Positions 34,905-44,970 of a stretch of 63,992 nt of DNA are shown in pieces. How positions within the stretch are numbered: position 1 is the first letter of the stretch; each line of letters opens with the position of its first letter. The translations under genes and the position numbers were made by a program. The stretch spans positions 1 through 63,992 of the forward strand of contig JAUXTZ010000043.1 in NCBI GenBank assembly GCA_030681095.1, written 5' to 3'. A model generated the notes under the pieces. It was not told where the DNA came from and ran no database searches. It worked only from the letters and a program-made list of their open reading frames with translations. This stretch comes from Burkholderiales bacterium. Its GTDB lineage: Bacteria; Pseudomonadota; Gammaproteobacteria; Burkholderiales; Thiobacteraceae.

Positions 34905-35807
34905 TTATGTGAGGGCGCGAGGAGCAGTGAGATGGAAGCAGAACTTGATCATTTCACGCAATTCTGAGATCAGCAGCCTGGAGTCGTCTCTTCGCCATTG
35001 GGCGGCGTATGTCAATGGCGCCAGGGTCTCGTCTCGAGCCAAAATCTGCAGAGCCGCTCTAGCCTCCAATTCTTGAGCCCATCGTGTCGGCATGAAACCA
35101 AAGCCGGTGCCAGCTACGAACATGCCGACGACAGCGCCCCAGTTGTTGCATGTCAGTCGCCTGTTTACTGAGACACGTTGCTCTGACAGCCACTGGTCCA
35201 AAATGCGAGTGCTCCCAGCGCCATCCGGCAATGAGACCAAAGTTTGGTTTCCTATGAGCAATCTCGGATGGTCGGCGCCTGCACGTTCGATCAACTCCCT
35301 GCTGGCGACCCAGACAAACTGACCATCACCCACGATCTCAGTTGCCAGATGATTTCGGGATGCATAACCGGCGATGACAACGCAATCCAATTCTCCGTCG
35401 TCAATCCGCTGTTCAAGCACTTGGCCGATGTCCACGCAGGGCTCGATCTCTAACGCCGGATGCAGTTCCGCCGCCTTTCGCACGAGGTCAGGAAGCCATG
35501 TCAATGCACTCAGTTCGCCCATGCCCAGACGGCATCGACCCTGCAGTCCCAGATGCTGACCAACAGATTGCTGAAGCTGAACACTGGCACGCAAAAACTC
35601 ACGTACGCGGGGCAGCAGTTGCTCTCCACGCTCCGTCAGTTTGGCATTTCGACCGCTGCGGTCGAATAGCTGAACATTCAGGGAGTTTTCCAATTCACCA
35701 ATGCGCTTCGACAACGAAGAAACGGACAGATGAACCCGCTGCGCCGCAACAGCGAAGTTGATGCAAGTTGCCGCCCAGTAGAAAGCTTCCAGTTGCTTCA
35801 AGGTCAT
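34905..35807 (-). CDS. LysR-family transcriptional regulator
   Basis: MTLKQLEAFYWAATCINFAVAAQRVHLSVSSLSKRIGELE is a LysR HTH. Confidence 0.9.
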   Translation of the reverse strand: MTLKQLEAFYWAATCINFAVAAQRVHLSVSSLSKRIGELENSLNVQLFDRSGRNAKLTERGEQLLPRVREFLRASVQLQQSVGQHLGLQGRCRLGMGELSALTWLPDLVRKAAELHPALEIEPCVDIGQVLEQRIDDGELDCVVIAGYASRNHLATEIVGDGQFVWVASRELIERAGADHPRLLIGNQTLVSLPDGAGSTRILDQWLSEQRVSVNRRLTCNNWGAVVGMFVAGTGFGFMPTRWAQELEARAALQILARDETLAPLTYAAQWRRDDSRLLISELREMIKFCFHLTAPRALT

Positions 35808-35905
35808 GTGGACAGAAGTTTCAGATCGAATGTTCGAAAAAGGTGTAATGATAATGTGAAAACTATTCGCTTTTCTTAGGTCTCAGTGGTTCCTATAGTG
35901 AGGAT

Positions 35906-37192
35906 ATGTACAGCGTTCTCGCCACCAACACCCGAGAGACCGATCACCGGAACGCCTCAGCTCATACCCAGAGGGTGTGCAGATCAATTTTGTCCCTGGA
36001 TGATTTCGAGAATCAGGCGCGGCGTCACCTCCCACGCCCCATCTACGCCTACATAAGCGGGGCAGTTGAGGACAACGCTTCGCTGACCGGGAACCGTCAG
36101 GCCTTCGCAGAACTGGCATTTCGACCTCGCGTGCTGACGAACGTCTCGCAACGCAGCACAGAAATTGAGCTTTTTGGGCGTCGCTATAACGCGCCAATCG
36201 GCATCGCACCGATGGGCATCTCGGCGCTGTCAGCCTACCGGGGCGACATCGTGCAAGCGCAGGCGGCACAGGACGCTGGAGTGCTGGCCATCATGAGCGG
36301 ATCCTCGCTGATCCGGCTTGAAGATGTGATGGCCGTCGCGCCGCACACCTGGTTCCAGGCCTACCTCCCCGGGGACCCGGTCGAAATTGACGCCTTGCTG
36401 GATCGCGTCGAGGCCGCAGGCGTTCGAACGCTTGTTATCACCGTCGACACGCCAGTGGCGGCCAACCGCGAGAATAACCTCCGAGCGGGCTTTTCAGCGC
36501 CACTGCGCCCGAGCATTGGCTTGGCATGGGAAGGCATCACCCACCCACGCTGGCTGGTGGGGACTTTCCTGCGGACGCTGCTGCGGCATGGCATGCCGCA
36601 CTTCGAGAACTCGTATGCCAAGCGCGGTGCGCCGATCCTGTCTCCAAACGTCCTTCGCGACTTCTCGGACCGCAGCCATCTGGCATGGAGCCACATCGCC
36701 GCGATTCGGCGCCGATGGACGGGCACCTTGGTGATCAAGGGAGTTCTCACGGCCGAGGACGCGATCATCGCCCAGAGGCATGGCGCCGACGGTCTCATTG
36801 TGTCCAACCACGGCGGAAGGCAACTGGATGGGGCAGTAGCGCCACTGCGCGCCTTGCCTGCGATCGTCCGTGCCGTGCCGCAGCTTCCCGTCATGCTCGA
36901 CAGTGGCATACGTAGAGGCACTGACGTCCTGAAAGCCTTGGCCTTGGGCGCCCGCTGCGTTTTTGTAGGGCGCCCCTTCAACTACGCAGCTGCAGTAGCT
37001 TCGACGACAGGTGTGGCACATGCCATTGAGCTGTTGCGGACGGAAGTCTCAAGAGACTTGGCAATGCTGGGCTTGAGGTCTATCGCCGAGGTTTCACCTG
37101 CCTGCATCCAGTCTGCGACTGACTGGCAACTGGCCCCACTGGGTGCTGGTGTTGTGCCCCTTCCCAACTCATCAACAGAGACAAAGCCATGA
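35906..37192 (+). CDS. FMN-dependent alpha-hydroxy-acid dehydrogenase/oxidase (LldD/mandelate dehydrogenase family)
   Basis: VSNHGGRQLDGA active-site motif, DSGIRRGTDVLKALALGA. RBS TGAGGA before ATG 35906. Confidence 0.85.
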   Translation: MYSVLATNTRETDHRNASAHTQRVCRSILSLDDFENQARRHLPRPIYAYISGAVEDNASLTGNRQAFAELAFRPRVLTNVSQRSTEIELFGRRYNAPIGIAPMGISALSAYRGDIVQAQAAQDAGVLAIMSGSSLIRLEDVMAVAPHTWFQAYLPGDPVEIDALLDRVEAAGVRTLVITVDTPVAANRENNLRAGFSAPLRPSIGLAWEGITHPRWLVGTFLRTLLRHGMPHFENSYAKRGAPILSPNVLRDFSDRSHLAWSHIAAIRRRWTGTLVIKGVLTAEDAIIAQRHGADGLIVSNHGGRQLDGAVAPLRALPAIVRAVPQLPVMLDSGIRRGTDVLKALALGARCVFVGRPFNYAAAVASTTGVAHAIELLRTEVSRDLAMLGLRSIAEVSPACIQSATDWQLAPLGAGVVPLPNSSTETKP

Positions 37193-38199
37193 AAACCAGT
37201 TCACACACGATTCGATCCCGTCCAATTCAATTCGGTCGTTGGGTAGTCTTCCTGATGATCGCCGGCCTGGCGTTGCTCAACGCACCAGCGGGCGCAGAGG
37301 CGGTCTATCCCAATCGACCTGTCACTCTGGTCGTCGGATGGCCTGCGGGCGGGCCTGCAGACAACGTTGCACGCTTGATCGCGACACACATGACATCCGC
37401 GTTGGGGCAGCCGATCGTCATCGACAACCGAATTGGCGCGGGCGGAAACATCGGCTCCGACCTCGTCGCGAAGGCCAAGCCGGACGGCTATACCATCATG
37501 CTCGCGACGGTGGCGTCGCACGGCCTGAACTCTGAGCTGTACTCCAAACTCAACTACAAGCCGATCGAAGATTTTGCGCCGATCGGCCTGATCAACACCT
37601 CGCCCGGCACATTGCTCGTACCGAAGGATTCACCATACAAGTCTGTCCGGGACGTGATTGACGCTGCAAAAGCGACTCCCGGCAAGCTGAACTACGGGTC
37701 CGGTGGTGTGGGTTCCACGCAGCACTTGGCAGGCGCGACGTTTAGGAAGCTTGCCGGCGTGGACATCGCGCACATTCCGTTCAAGGGCACTGCGCCGGCA
37801 ATCACAGACCTGATGGGCGGTCGATTGGACTTGGTCATCACCACTGGCGCGGTGACTTTCATCCATTCGGGCAAGTTGAGGGCCCTGGCTGTCGCATCGC
37901 GGCATAGGATTCCCGCGCTGCCAGACGTTCCTACCTTCGACGAGGCCGGCGTGAAGGGCTTCTATACGGACTCTTGGTACGGACTCGTTGCACCTGCCCA
38001 AACGCCACGTCCGGTCCTTGAAACACTGAATTCAGCGCTCGCAAAGGCGCTTCAGAACCCTGAAGTGCAGAAGCAGTTCACGGATCAAGGCGCGATTCCC
38101 GCAAAACCGATGAAAGTCGACGAATTCTGGGCATTCGTGAAGAAGCAGATGCCGGAGGCTGCGGAACTCGTGCGAACCTCGGGCGCCAAGGTGGATTGA
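37189..38199 (+). CDS. Bug-family (TctC-like) tripartite tricarboxylate transporter substrate-binding protein
   Basis: YPNRPVTLVVGWPAGGPADNVARL and YGSGGVGSTQHLAG motifs, signal peptide. ATGA overlap with the upstream gene. Confidence 0.85.
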   Translation: MKTSSHTIRSRPIQFGRWVVFLMIAGLALLNAPAGAEAVYPNRPVTLVVGWPAGGPADNVARLIATHMTSALGQPIVIDNRIGAGGNIGSDLVAKAKPDGYTIMLATVASHGLNSELYSKLNYKPIEDFAPIGLINTSPGTLLVPKDSPYKSVRDVIDAAKATPGKLNYGSGGVGSTQHLAGATFRKLAGVDIAHIPFKGTAPAITDLMGGRLDLVITTGAVTFIHSGKLRALAVASRHRIPALPDVPTFDEAGVKGFYTDSWYGLVAPAQTPRPVLETLNSALAKALQNPEVQKQFTDQGAIPAKPMKVDEFWAFVKKQMPEAAELVRTSGAKVD

Positions 38200-38245
38200 C
38201 GACTGCACTACGGCCATGCCGCTGGTTAAAGCGGAGTTTGACAGT

Positions 38246-39133
38246 TCAACTAGGCAGAGAGAACGACCGCTTCGCGATTTCCGCGACACCATAGCCCAGT
38301 GCTGAGTGAATATGACTCAAGAAGCAAAAGTGATAAGGTACTCTAGGGGCCGCAGGGGTGGTGTTCACGAGTTGCAATTGTCCGCGTTCGATTTCCTGAG
38401 TGAACATTGCAATGGGCAGGCAACTGATGCCTACCCCTGCAGAGATAAGTCCAGCCAAAGCATTTACGTTATTCCCGCCATAAATGCGTTCTGGATACAC
38501 GCCCGCCTCTTCCCAAAGCTGTCCACACAACTCCGTAATTATCGAATTCGCGCTTTGCTCGATTACCGTGAATGCTGCTAGGTCGCGCAATGAGTGAGCG
38601 AACTCGGCAGAAAATGTGCCAGGTGCAGCAAACCAACCGAAAGGAACTGTGCCGAGCAACATGCGCTCAAGCCCGGCGACTGGCGGGGGGTCCGGCAGGA
38701 TTGCAAAGTCGAGACGCCCTTCTTCCACACCCCGGCGCAACAACGTAGACAGATCAATTTCCGGTTGAACTGCAACTGACGGGTAGATGTTCTTCATCTC
38801 CTTGATGAAACGGCCAAACCACGTTAATGCGGTCAATTCGGTCAGTCCTATGTGCACTAGGCGAGCAGGCTGCTGGGTCGATCCCTTCATAAGATCGAGT
38901 TCGTTGAGCAAGGCGAACAGCCGTTCGCATTCGCTCGCAAGTTCCTGACCTTTCGAGGTCAACACGTTTTTTCGCCCAACATTTTCGAAGAGAGGCACAG
39001 CGGCAAGCCCTTCGACCTCCTGCAATCGTTTCGTTGCGGCCGACTGTGTGATATGCAGCTTTTCAGCGGCCTTGCTGAGTGTTCCCAAACGTGCCACCCA
39101 GTAGAAGGCCTGCAACTGCTTAATCGTCATCAT
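38246..39133 (-). CDS. LysR-family transcriptional regulator
   Basis: MMTIKQLQAFYWVARLGTLSKAAEKLHITQSAATKRLQEVE. Confidence 0.9.
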   Translation of the reverse strand: MMTIKQLQAFYWVARLGTLSKAAEKLHITQSAATKRLQEVEGLAAVPLFENVGRKNVLTSKGQELASECERLFALLNELDLMKGSTQQPARLVHIGLTELTALTWFGRFIKEMKNIYPSVAVQPEIDLSTLLRRGVEEGRLDFAILPDPPPVAGLERMLLGTVPFGWFAAPGTFSAEFAHSLRDLAAFTVIEQSANSIITELCGQLWEEAGVYPERIYGGNNVNALAGLISAGVGISCLPIAMFTQEIERGQLQLVNTTPAAPRVPYHFCFLSHIHSALGYGVAEIAKRSFSLPS

Positions 39134-40059
39134 GCAGATGGCCCCAGTAGACGGCGATCAGGCTGCGCATGGAACGGCGTGTCGAAGTCGCAACTGCGCT
39201 GTGCCACCTGAATAGCAGCTCTGTGGAAGGCTGAGGCCGTGTCGATGCGCGCGATAGCCACGTAACGGAGGTTGGGGGATTCGACAGGAATTCTTGTTTC
39301 GCGCAGGCGGCCTCGTTGGAGCGCGTCAGACGCGACCGCCATCGGCAGATTCGCAATGCCAAGCCCTGCTGCGGCGATGCCTGAAAGAGCAGCCAAACTG
39401 TCACTGTGGATCACATTGACTGGCTTCATTGACCGCTCTCTTAGCCACGCCTCGAGTCGTTGGCCGGCACCGGTCGATGGACCCTGTAGCAGCAGAGTAT
39501 GCGACTCAAGTTCGTTCAGAGATAGGGTTTCAGTGTGCAGTAATCCTGGCGCACTGAACCACCCCATAGTAGCCGTTCCCACCGGAATACGGACCATATC
39601 CGTCGTCCGAACTACATCGATCACCACGGCCAGGTTCAGTCTTCCGCTATGAACTTTTTGATAGAGCTGGGGCGATGAACCTACCTCTACCTCGAGAAGT
39701 AGCTTGGGGTATCGATCGCGTAGTCTGCCCACGAACTGCGGCAGCCATGTCACCGCCGCCAACTCCGTGACGCCGAAACGCAGCGAAGGCGAAACGAGTT
39801 CCGCACTGCAAAAGCGCTCGGTCAAGGTATCACGTTGCTTGAGAGCAGCCCTCGCGATGCGTAGCGCTTCTTTGCCTGTCACGGTCAGGCGGGCAGCACG
39901 CTGATCGCGAGAGAACAGGGGCAACCCGAACTCAGATTCCAGTTCATTGATTAGCCGGGAAACAGCCGATTGGGAGGTGTTGAGGCTACGGGCGGCGCCT
40001 TTGAACGACCTCTGATCGACAACTGCTGTGAGCGCTTCCAGTTCACGAAAAGTAGTCAT
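39130..40059 (-). CDS. LysR-family transcriptional regulator
   Basis: MTTFRELEALTAVVDQRSFKGAARSLNTSQSAVSRLINELE. Its stop overlaps the start of the downstream LysR gene (ATGA). Confidence 0.9.
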   Translation of the reverse strand: MTTFRELEALTAVVDQRSFKGAARSLNTSQSAVSRLINELESEFGLPLFSRDQRAARLTVTGKEALRIARAALKQRDTLTERFCSAELVSPSLRFGVTELAAVTWLPQFVGRLRDRYPKLLLEVEVGSSPQLYQKVHSGRLNLAVVIDVVRTTDMVRIPVGTATMGWFSAPGLLHTETLSLNELESHTLLLQGPSTGAGQRLEAWLRERSMKPVNVIHSDSLAALSGIAAAGLGIANLPMAVASDALQRGRLRETRIPVESPNLRYVAIARIDTASAFHRAAIQVAQRSCDFDTPFHAQPDRRLLGPSA

Positions 40060-40263
40060 CTGGTCCTTATGAGTTCCAAAGAGACCTGAGCATAGGGCCT
40101 TACCCTGATTTTAGTTATCAAAAAAGAATGAAATTATATCAATAAATATCCCTTTACGGAATATGACAACTTGCGAAGAATACATATGTCCGCGGGTTAT
40201 GTCCGCCCCATTGCTGCTGAGGCCAGCTCGCGGACCTCCTCCTCAACTTCGAAAGCAATGACC

Positions 40264-41082
40264 ATGAAACTCCAAAATATCTTCTCTTCCCTCGCTGTGG
40301 CCGGCCTGTTCTGTTCTATCGGGGCCGCGCACGCGGACACGCTGACTGACGTTAAGGCCAGAGGCACCCTGGTGTGTGGCGTCGTCGGGACGCTGGAGCC
40401 CTTCGCGTTCCAGGACACCGCTTCGCGCGAAGTCGTCGGCTACGATGTGGACTTCTGCAAGGCAGTCGCCAAGCGGATGGGGTTGAAGGCTGAGCCCAAG
40501 GTCGTTTCCTTGGAAGCGCGCATTCCCGAGTTGACGCAGGGGCGCGTGGACATCCTGGCGGCGGTGCTCGGCTACAACCCGGCCCGCGCCGAACAGATCG
40601 CGTTCTCCAGGGCCTACTTCGTCAGCAATCAATCCATCGCCGCCAAGAAGGGAGCCTTCACGCAACGTGATGACTTGGCCGGCAAGCGCGTTGCAACCAT
40701 CAAGGGCTCGAGCAACATCCCGCTCATGCAAAAGGTGGTGCCCTCAGCTCAGTTGGTGAGTTATGACGACGCCCCTTCAGCGTTCACGGCATTGGTGCAG
40801 AACAAGGTGGACGGCTACGTCTTGTCCGAATCGCTCATGCGCCGCTTCATCTCAAAGCTGGGCACGAGCGCAAACATCGATGTGCTCAGCCCGCCAGTGG
40901 GTCGCGAGTCCTGGGGTCTGGGCCTGCGAAAGGGTGAGCCTGCGCTGGAAGCGGCCGTGAACGAAGCCCTCGACGCCATGGAGAAGTCAGGCGAAGCGCA
41001 GCAAATCTTCGACAAGTGGATGGGCCCGAGTACGCAGTACCAGATGCGCCGCGACTTCAAGGTCGAGCCCATCAAGGGCTGA
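40264..41082 (+). CDS. amino-acid ABC transporter substrate-binding protein
   Basis: Signal peptide MKLQNIFSSLAVAGLFCSIGAAHA, family-3 SBP pattern (GVVGTLEPFAF..GYDVDFCKAVA). Start refined to 40264. Confidence 0.85.
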   Translation: MKLQNIFSSLAVAGLFCSIGAAHADTLTDVKARGTLVCGVVGTLEPFAFQDTASREVVGYDVDFCKAVAKRMGLKAEPKVVSLEARIPELTQGRVDILAAVLGYNPARAEQIAFSRAYFVSNQSIAAKKGAFTQRDDLAGKRVATIKGSSNIPLMQKVVPSAQLVSYDDAPSAFTALVQNKVDGYVLSESLMRRFISKLGTSANIDVLSPPVGRESWGLGLRKGEPALEAAVNEALDAMEKSGEAQQIFDKWMGPSTQYQMRRDFKVEPIKG

Positions 41083-41112
41083 GATGAAGGTGCGTCATCG
41101 ATCGGTGCTGCC

Positions 41113-41811
41113 ATGTCAATCAGTCTGAACTTCAGCTCGCTCCTGGCGGCGCCCAATCTTGACCACCTTATAACGGGTATCAAGTACACAGGTCTGTTGA
41201 CCGCGTCGAGCTTGCTACTCGCCTTTTTCCTTGGGGTGGCCTTGGCCACTCTGCGGGTCACCGGCAATCCGGTAGCGGAACGCGCTGTTGCTGCATGGGT
41301 GTCGTACCAGCAGAACGTTCCCATCCTCGCGCACCTGTTCCTGTGGTACTTCGGTATCCCCACCCTGCTGCCCGATGCGGCGCAGTCTTGGATCAACGCG
41401 CACAACGGAGAACTTATATTCGCCTCCATTGCTATCGGGTTGTGCATGTCCGCATACTTCTGCGAAGACGTCCGCAGCGGCTTGCGTGCCGTGCCGCCGG
41501 GTCAGCTTGAAGCATCCCGATCGTTGGGATTGAGCTTCATCAAGACCATGCGCTTCGTGGTGATGCCCCAGGCCATGCGCACGGCTTTGCCGCCGTTCAT
41601 CAACCACACCGTCATCCTGTTTAAGAACACGAGTCTGGCCATGGCGCTGGGCGCGGCGGAACTGACGTACGTCGTGCGGGAAATCGAGAACCAAACCTTC
41701 AGGACGTTTGAGGCCTACACGTTGGCCACAGGGTTCTATCTGGTGGTTTCGCTGGGGCTCATGGGCATTGGCGCTCTCGTGGCCCGGCGCATGCAAGTGC
41801 CTGGGAGATAA
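41113..41811 (+). CDS. amino-acid ABC transporter permease
   Basis: Multi-TM ORF with the EAA-like loop EASRSLGLSFIKTMRFVVMPQA. Confidence 0.85.
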   Translation: MSISLNFSSLLAAPNLDHLITGIKYTGLLTASSLLLAFFLGVALATLRVTGNPVAERAVAAWVSYQQNVPILAHLFLWYFGIPTLLPDAAQSWINAHNGELIFASIAIGLCMSAYFCEDVRSGLRAVPPGQLEASRSLGLSFIKTMRFVVMPQAMRTALPPFINHTVILFKNTSLAMALGAAELTYVVREIENQTFRTFEAYTLATGFYLVVSLGLMGIGALVARRMQVPGR

Positions 41812-41814
41812 ATC

Positions 41815-42546
41815 ATGTGGGAGATTTTACAAGACCATCTGCCCAGCCTGTTGATCGGTCAAGCACCTCGCGGGCCGCTTGGCGGACTGGCGCTCACGCT
41901 GATTCTGTCCGTGCTTGGTCTGGGCTTGGCATTTCCCTTGTCCATCGTATTGGCGCTATGTCGCTTGTCTTCCCACGCGATTCTGAGATGGCCCAGCACC
42001 GTGTTCGTCTACGTGATCCGCGGCATACCTTTGGTGATGCTTGTGTTCTGGAGCTACTTTCTTGTGCCCGTGCTGATCGGCAGACCTACGAGCGCATTCA
42101 CCACACTGGTTGTGACCCTGGTGCTGTACCAGGCAGCCTACATGTCCGAGATCGTGCGTGCGGGCATTGAGGCGCTGCCACGAGGGCAAACCGAAGCTTC
42201 CCGCTCGTTGGGCATGAGCTATGGGTTGACGATGCGCCAAGTCATCTTGCCGCAGGCACTCTACAACATGCTGCCAAGCCTGATCAGTCAGTTCGTCTCC
42301 ACCATCAAGGAAACGTCCATCGGCTACGTTATCAGCGTGCATGAGCTCACCTTCTCGGCCAATCAAGTCAATTCCGCGCTACTCACCAAACCGTTGCAGG
42401 TGTTCGTGACGCTGTCGTTGATCTATTTTTCCGTCTGCTTCGCCCTTACCAAAACCGCGCAGGTCGTTGAACGCCGCGTGGAGCGTCGAAGAAACCGTGT
42501 TACCTCTTCCGCAGGAGTCCCAAATGATTCGATTCTCCAAAGTTAA
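41815..42546 (+). CDS. amino-acid ABC transporter permease
   Basis: Multi-TM ORF with [22 protein letters not shown]. Confidence 0.85.
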   Translation: MWEILQDHLPSLLIGQAPRGPLGGLALTLILSVLGLGLAFPLSIVLALCRLSSHAILRWPSTVFVYVIRGIPLVMLVFWSYFLVPVLIGRPTSAFTTLVVTLVLYQAAYMSEIVRAGIEALPRGQTEASRSLGMSYGLTMRQVILPQALYNMLPSLISQFVSTIKETSIGYVISVHELTFSANQVNSALLTKPLQVFVTLSLIYFSVCFALTKTAQVVERRVERRRNRVTSSAGVPNDSILQS

Positions 42547-43252
42547 CAAGTGGTATGGCGAATACCAAGCTCTTGTCGATGTGACAGAGCAAGTCGGCAA
42601 AGGGGAGGTTGTGGTTGTCTGTGGTCCGTCAGGTTCAGGCAAGTCAACGCTGATTCGTACGGTCAATAGGCTCGAAGAAATCAAGGGTGGGCAGATCTTC
42701 CTTGAGGGCAAGGATGTGCACGAGAAATCAGTGGACATCAACAAGTTCCGAACTCGTGTGGGCTTCGTTTTCCAGAGCTTCAACTTGTTCCCCCACATGT
42801 CTGCGCTTGACAACATCATCTTGGCGCCCATGAAAGTCGCTGGCAAGTCAAGGAAAGTGGCGCGAGATAAGGGGATGGAGCTGCTCGACCGCGTCGGTTT
42901 AGCAAATAAGGCGGAGTCCTATCCGCAGCAACTATCAGGTGGCCAACAGCAACGAGTCGCCATTGCCCGTGCGTTAGCTATGGAGCCTCCGGTCATGCTT
43001 TTCGATGAACCGACAAGCGCGCTGGATCCGGAGATGGTGGGCGAGGTTCTCAACGTCATGAAGTCCTTGGCGCGAGAAGGCATGACGATGATGTGCGTGA
43101 CTCACGAAATGAACTTCGCGCGCGAAGTCAGCAACCGCGTGTGGTTTATGGACCACGGTCGATTGGTCGAGACTGGTACGCCCGACGCATTTTTTACAAA
43201 CCCGCAAAGCGAACGCGCCCAGCGTTTTCTATCGGACCTCCGAGGCCATTGA
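42524..43252 (+). CDS. amino-acid ABC transporter ATP-binding protein
   Basis: Walker [10 protein letters not shown], signature [15 protein letters not shown], Walker [12 protein letters not shown]. Start refined to MIRFSKV (ATG 42524) with an AGGAG RBS. Confidence 0.9.
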   Translation: MIRFSKVNKWYGEYQALVDVTEQVGKGEVVVVCGPSGSGKSTLIRTVNRLEEIKGGQIFLEGKDVHEKSVDINKFRTRVGFVFQSFNLFPHMSALDNIILAPMKVAGKSRKVARDKGMELLDRVGLANKAESYPQQLSGGQQQRVAIARALAMEPPVMLFDEPTSALDPEMVGEVLNVMKSLAREGMTMMCVTHEMNFAREVSNRVWFMDHGRLVETGTPDAFFTNPQSERAQRFLSDLRGH

Positions 43253-43265
43253 GGAAGTGGTTGCC

Positions 43266-44522
43266 ATGAGCCGTTCTGCCTCGAAGGAATCGATCGCCGT
43301 GGTTGGCGGTGGAATTATTGGGCTTTCAGTCGCCATGGAGTTGCTGCGCAACGGCAAGCGCGTGACCGTTATCGAGCGCGACATGCCCATGCAGGCATGT
43401 TCTGCCGGAAATGCCGGTTATCTGTCCGAGGCCAACATTTTCCCCCCAGCCTCGCCAGACATGCTCTGGCAGATACCCAAATTGCTGTTGGCTAAGGATG
43501 GCCCACTTGTCATTCGACCCAGCTATATAGGCCAGATGCTGCCGTGGGGTCGGCGTGCGCTAAGTGTGCTAAACCTCGAAGCCCACTCCAAGGTGACTGA
43601 CACCCTTGCGGCCATGACACGGCTCTCATTCGAATCTATCTCGAAGCTAGCTTCGCAGGCTGGTGCGGCAGAGCTGCTGACGCGTAATGGAGGGCTTGTC
43701 GCCTTCAAAACTATCGCGGGGCTGGAGAAGAAGGCTGCAGCCATAGACACATGGAACCGCTATGGATTTGCTGTAAAGCGGTTGTCTGGGCACCAGATGC
43801 GGGAGCTTGAGCCTGCTCTGGTCCCCGAGATCATTGGAGGCCTTCTATTTGAACGTTCAGGCCGCTGCAGTAACCCGCAACGTTTGGGCCTTCGCTATGC
43901 GGAATATCTACGAAACCACGGAGTGGAATTCGTGCAGGACGAGGTGAAGGCGTTGGCCTGGACGCCCAACGGTGAAGTTGAAGTGCAGGGTACGCGAAGT
44001 GAGGTTTGCTATTCGCAGGCCGTGGTGTGCGGTGGTTTCTGGAGCGGTGTGCTGATGAAGCGCTTCTTTCGCACGGTTCCTCTGGTGTCTGAACGGGGCT
44101 ACCACCTCATGCTGCCAAGCCCCGGGCTCACGCTGAGCCGTCCGATCGTTTTTGGCGAGCCCCACTTTGCTGCCACACCGATGGATGAGGGCCTGCGTCT
44201 GGCCGGTACGGCCGAGTTCGCGCGGTGGGATTCACCGCCGAGCTGGACACGGGCTGACATGTTGTTGTCGTTGGCACAGAAGTACCTGCGCCATGTCGAT
44301 GGCAGGCAAGCCAAGCCCTGGATGGGTATCCGTCCCTCACTGCCTGACGGTCTGCCAGCGATCGGAACCGTCCCTGACGCACCTGGCATTCATTACGCGT
44401 TCGGTCATGCGCACAACGGTTTGACTCTTTCCGGGGTGACGGCGCAGTGCGTGGCGGCATTGGTGCATGGAACGGAACCGCCGGTCTCCGTCGCACCCAT
44501 GGCGCTCGCGCGCTTCAACTAA
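43266..44522 (+). CDS. FAD-dependent oxidoreductase (D-amino-acid dehydrogenase-like)
   Basis: Rossmann IAVVGGGIIGLSVA, DadA-like length and C-terminus. Start set to ATG 43266, 8 nt after GAGGAAG. Confidence 0.85.
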   Translation: MSRSASKESIAVVGGGIIGLSVAMELLRNGKRVTVIERDMPMQACSAGNAGYLSEANIFPPASPDMLWQIPKLLLAKDGPLVIRPSYIGQMLPWGRRALSVLNLEAHSKVTDTLAAMTRLSFESISKLASQAGAAELLTRNGGLVAFKTIAGLEKKAAAIDTWNRYGFAVKRLSGHQMRELEPALVPEIIGGLLFERSGRCSNPQRLGLRYAEYLRNHGVEFVQDEVKALAWTPNGEVEVQGTRSEVCYSQAVVCGGFWSGVLMKRFFRTVPLVSERGYHLMLPSPGLTLSRPIVFGEPHFAATPMDEGLRLAGTAEFARWDSPPSWTRADMLLSLAQKYLRHVDGRQAKPWMGIRPSLPDGLPAIGTVPDAPGIHYAFGHAHNGLTLSGVTAQCVAALVHGTEPPVSVAPMALARFN

Positions 44523-44580
44523 CCGGTGACAGCTGTCGCCCTCATCAATTGACCCTCTTGTTTCTCACAAAGATTAAACC

Positions 44581-44952
44581 ATGTCTCTGCCAATTCGCTA
44601 TCCCTCGCCTCTTGCCGCCCCCTTGTCGAAAGCTGTGCGCGCAGGAGATTTCGTTTTCCTTTCCGGCCAGACGCCGAAGAACACCGATCTGACGCCGCTG
44701 CGCGGTGACATCCAGACGCAGACGCGCAATGTTCTCGATGCCATCGCTGCCAGCCTAGCTGAACATGGTCTTGGCATGGAGCACGTGGTGCGCGCGACGT
44801 GCTGGTTGTCTGACATCAAATTCATGAAACCCTTCAACGAGATCTACGCGACTTACTTCATCGAAGGGCTGCCGGTGCGCAGCACAGTGGAAGCGAAGTT
44901 GTCGCAGGACGTAGATGTCGAGATCGAAGTCACCGCTTGGTCGCGTACATAG
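44581..44952 (+). CDS. RidA/YjgF-family enamine/imine deaminase
   Basis: 123 aa. FVFLSGQTP...VRATCWL...PVRSTVE is the RidA family pattern. Confidence 0.85.
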   Translation: MSLPIRYPSPLAAPLSKAVRAGDFVFLSGQTPKNTDLTPLRGDIQTQTRNVLDAIAASLAEHGLGMEHVVRATCWLSDIKFMKPFNEIYATYFIEGLPVRSTVEAKLSQDVDVEIEVTAWSRT

Positions 44953-44970
44953 AGCGAGGCGTGCTGGAAC

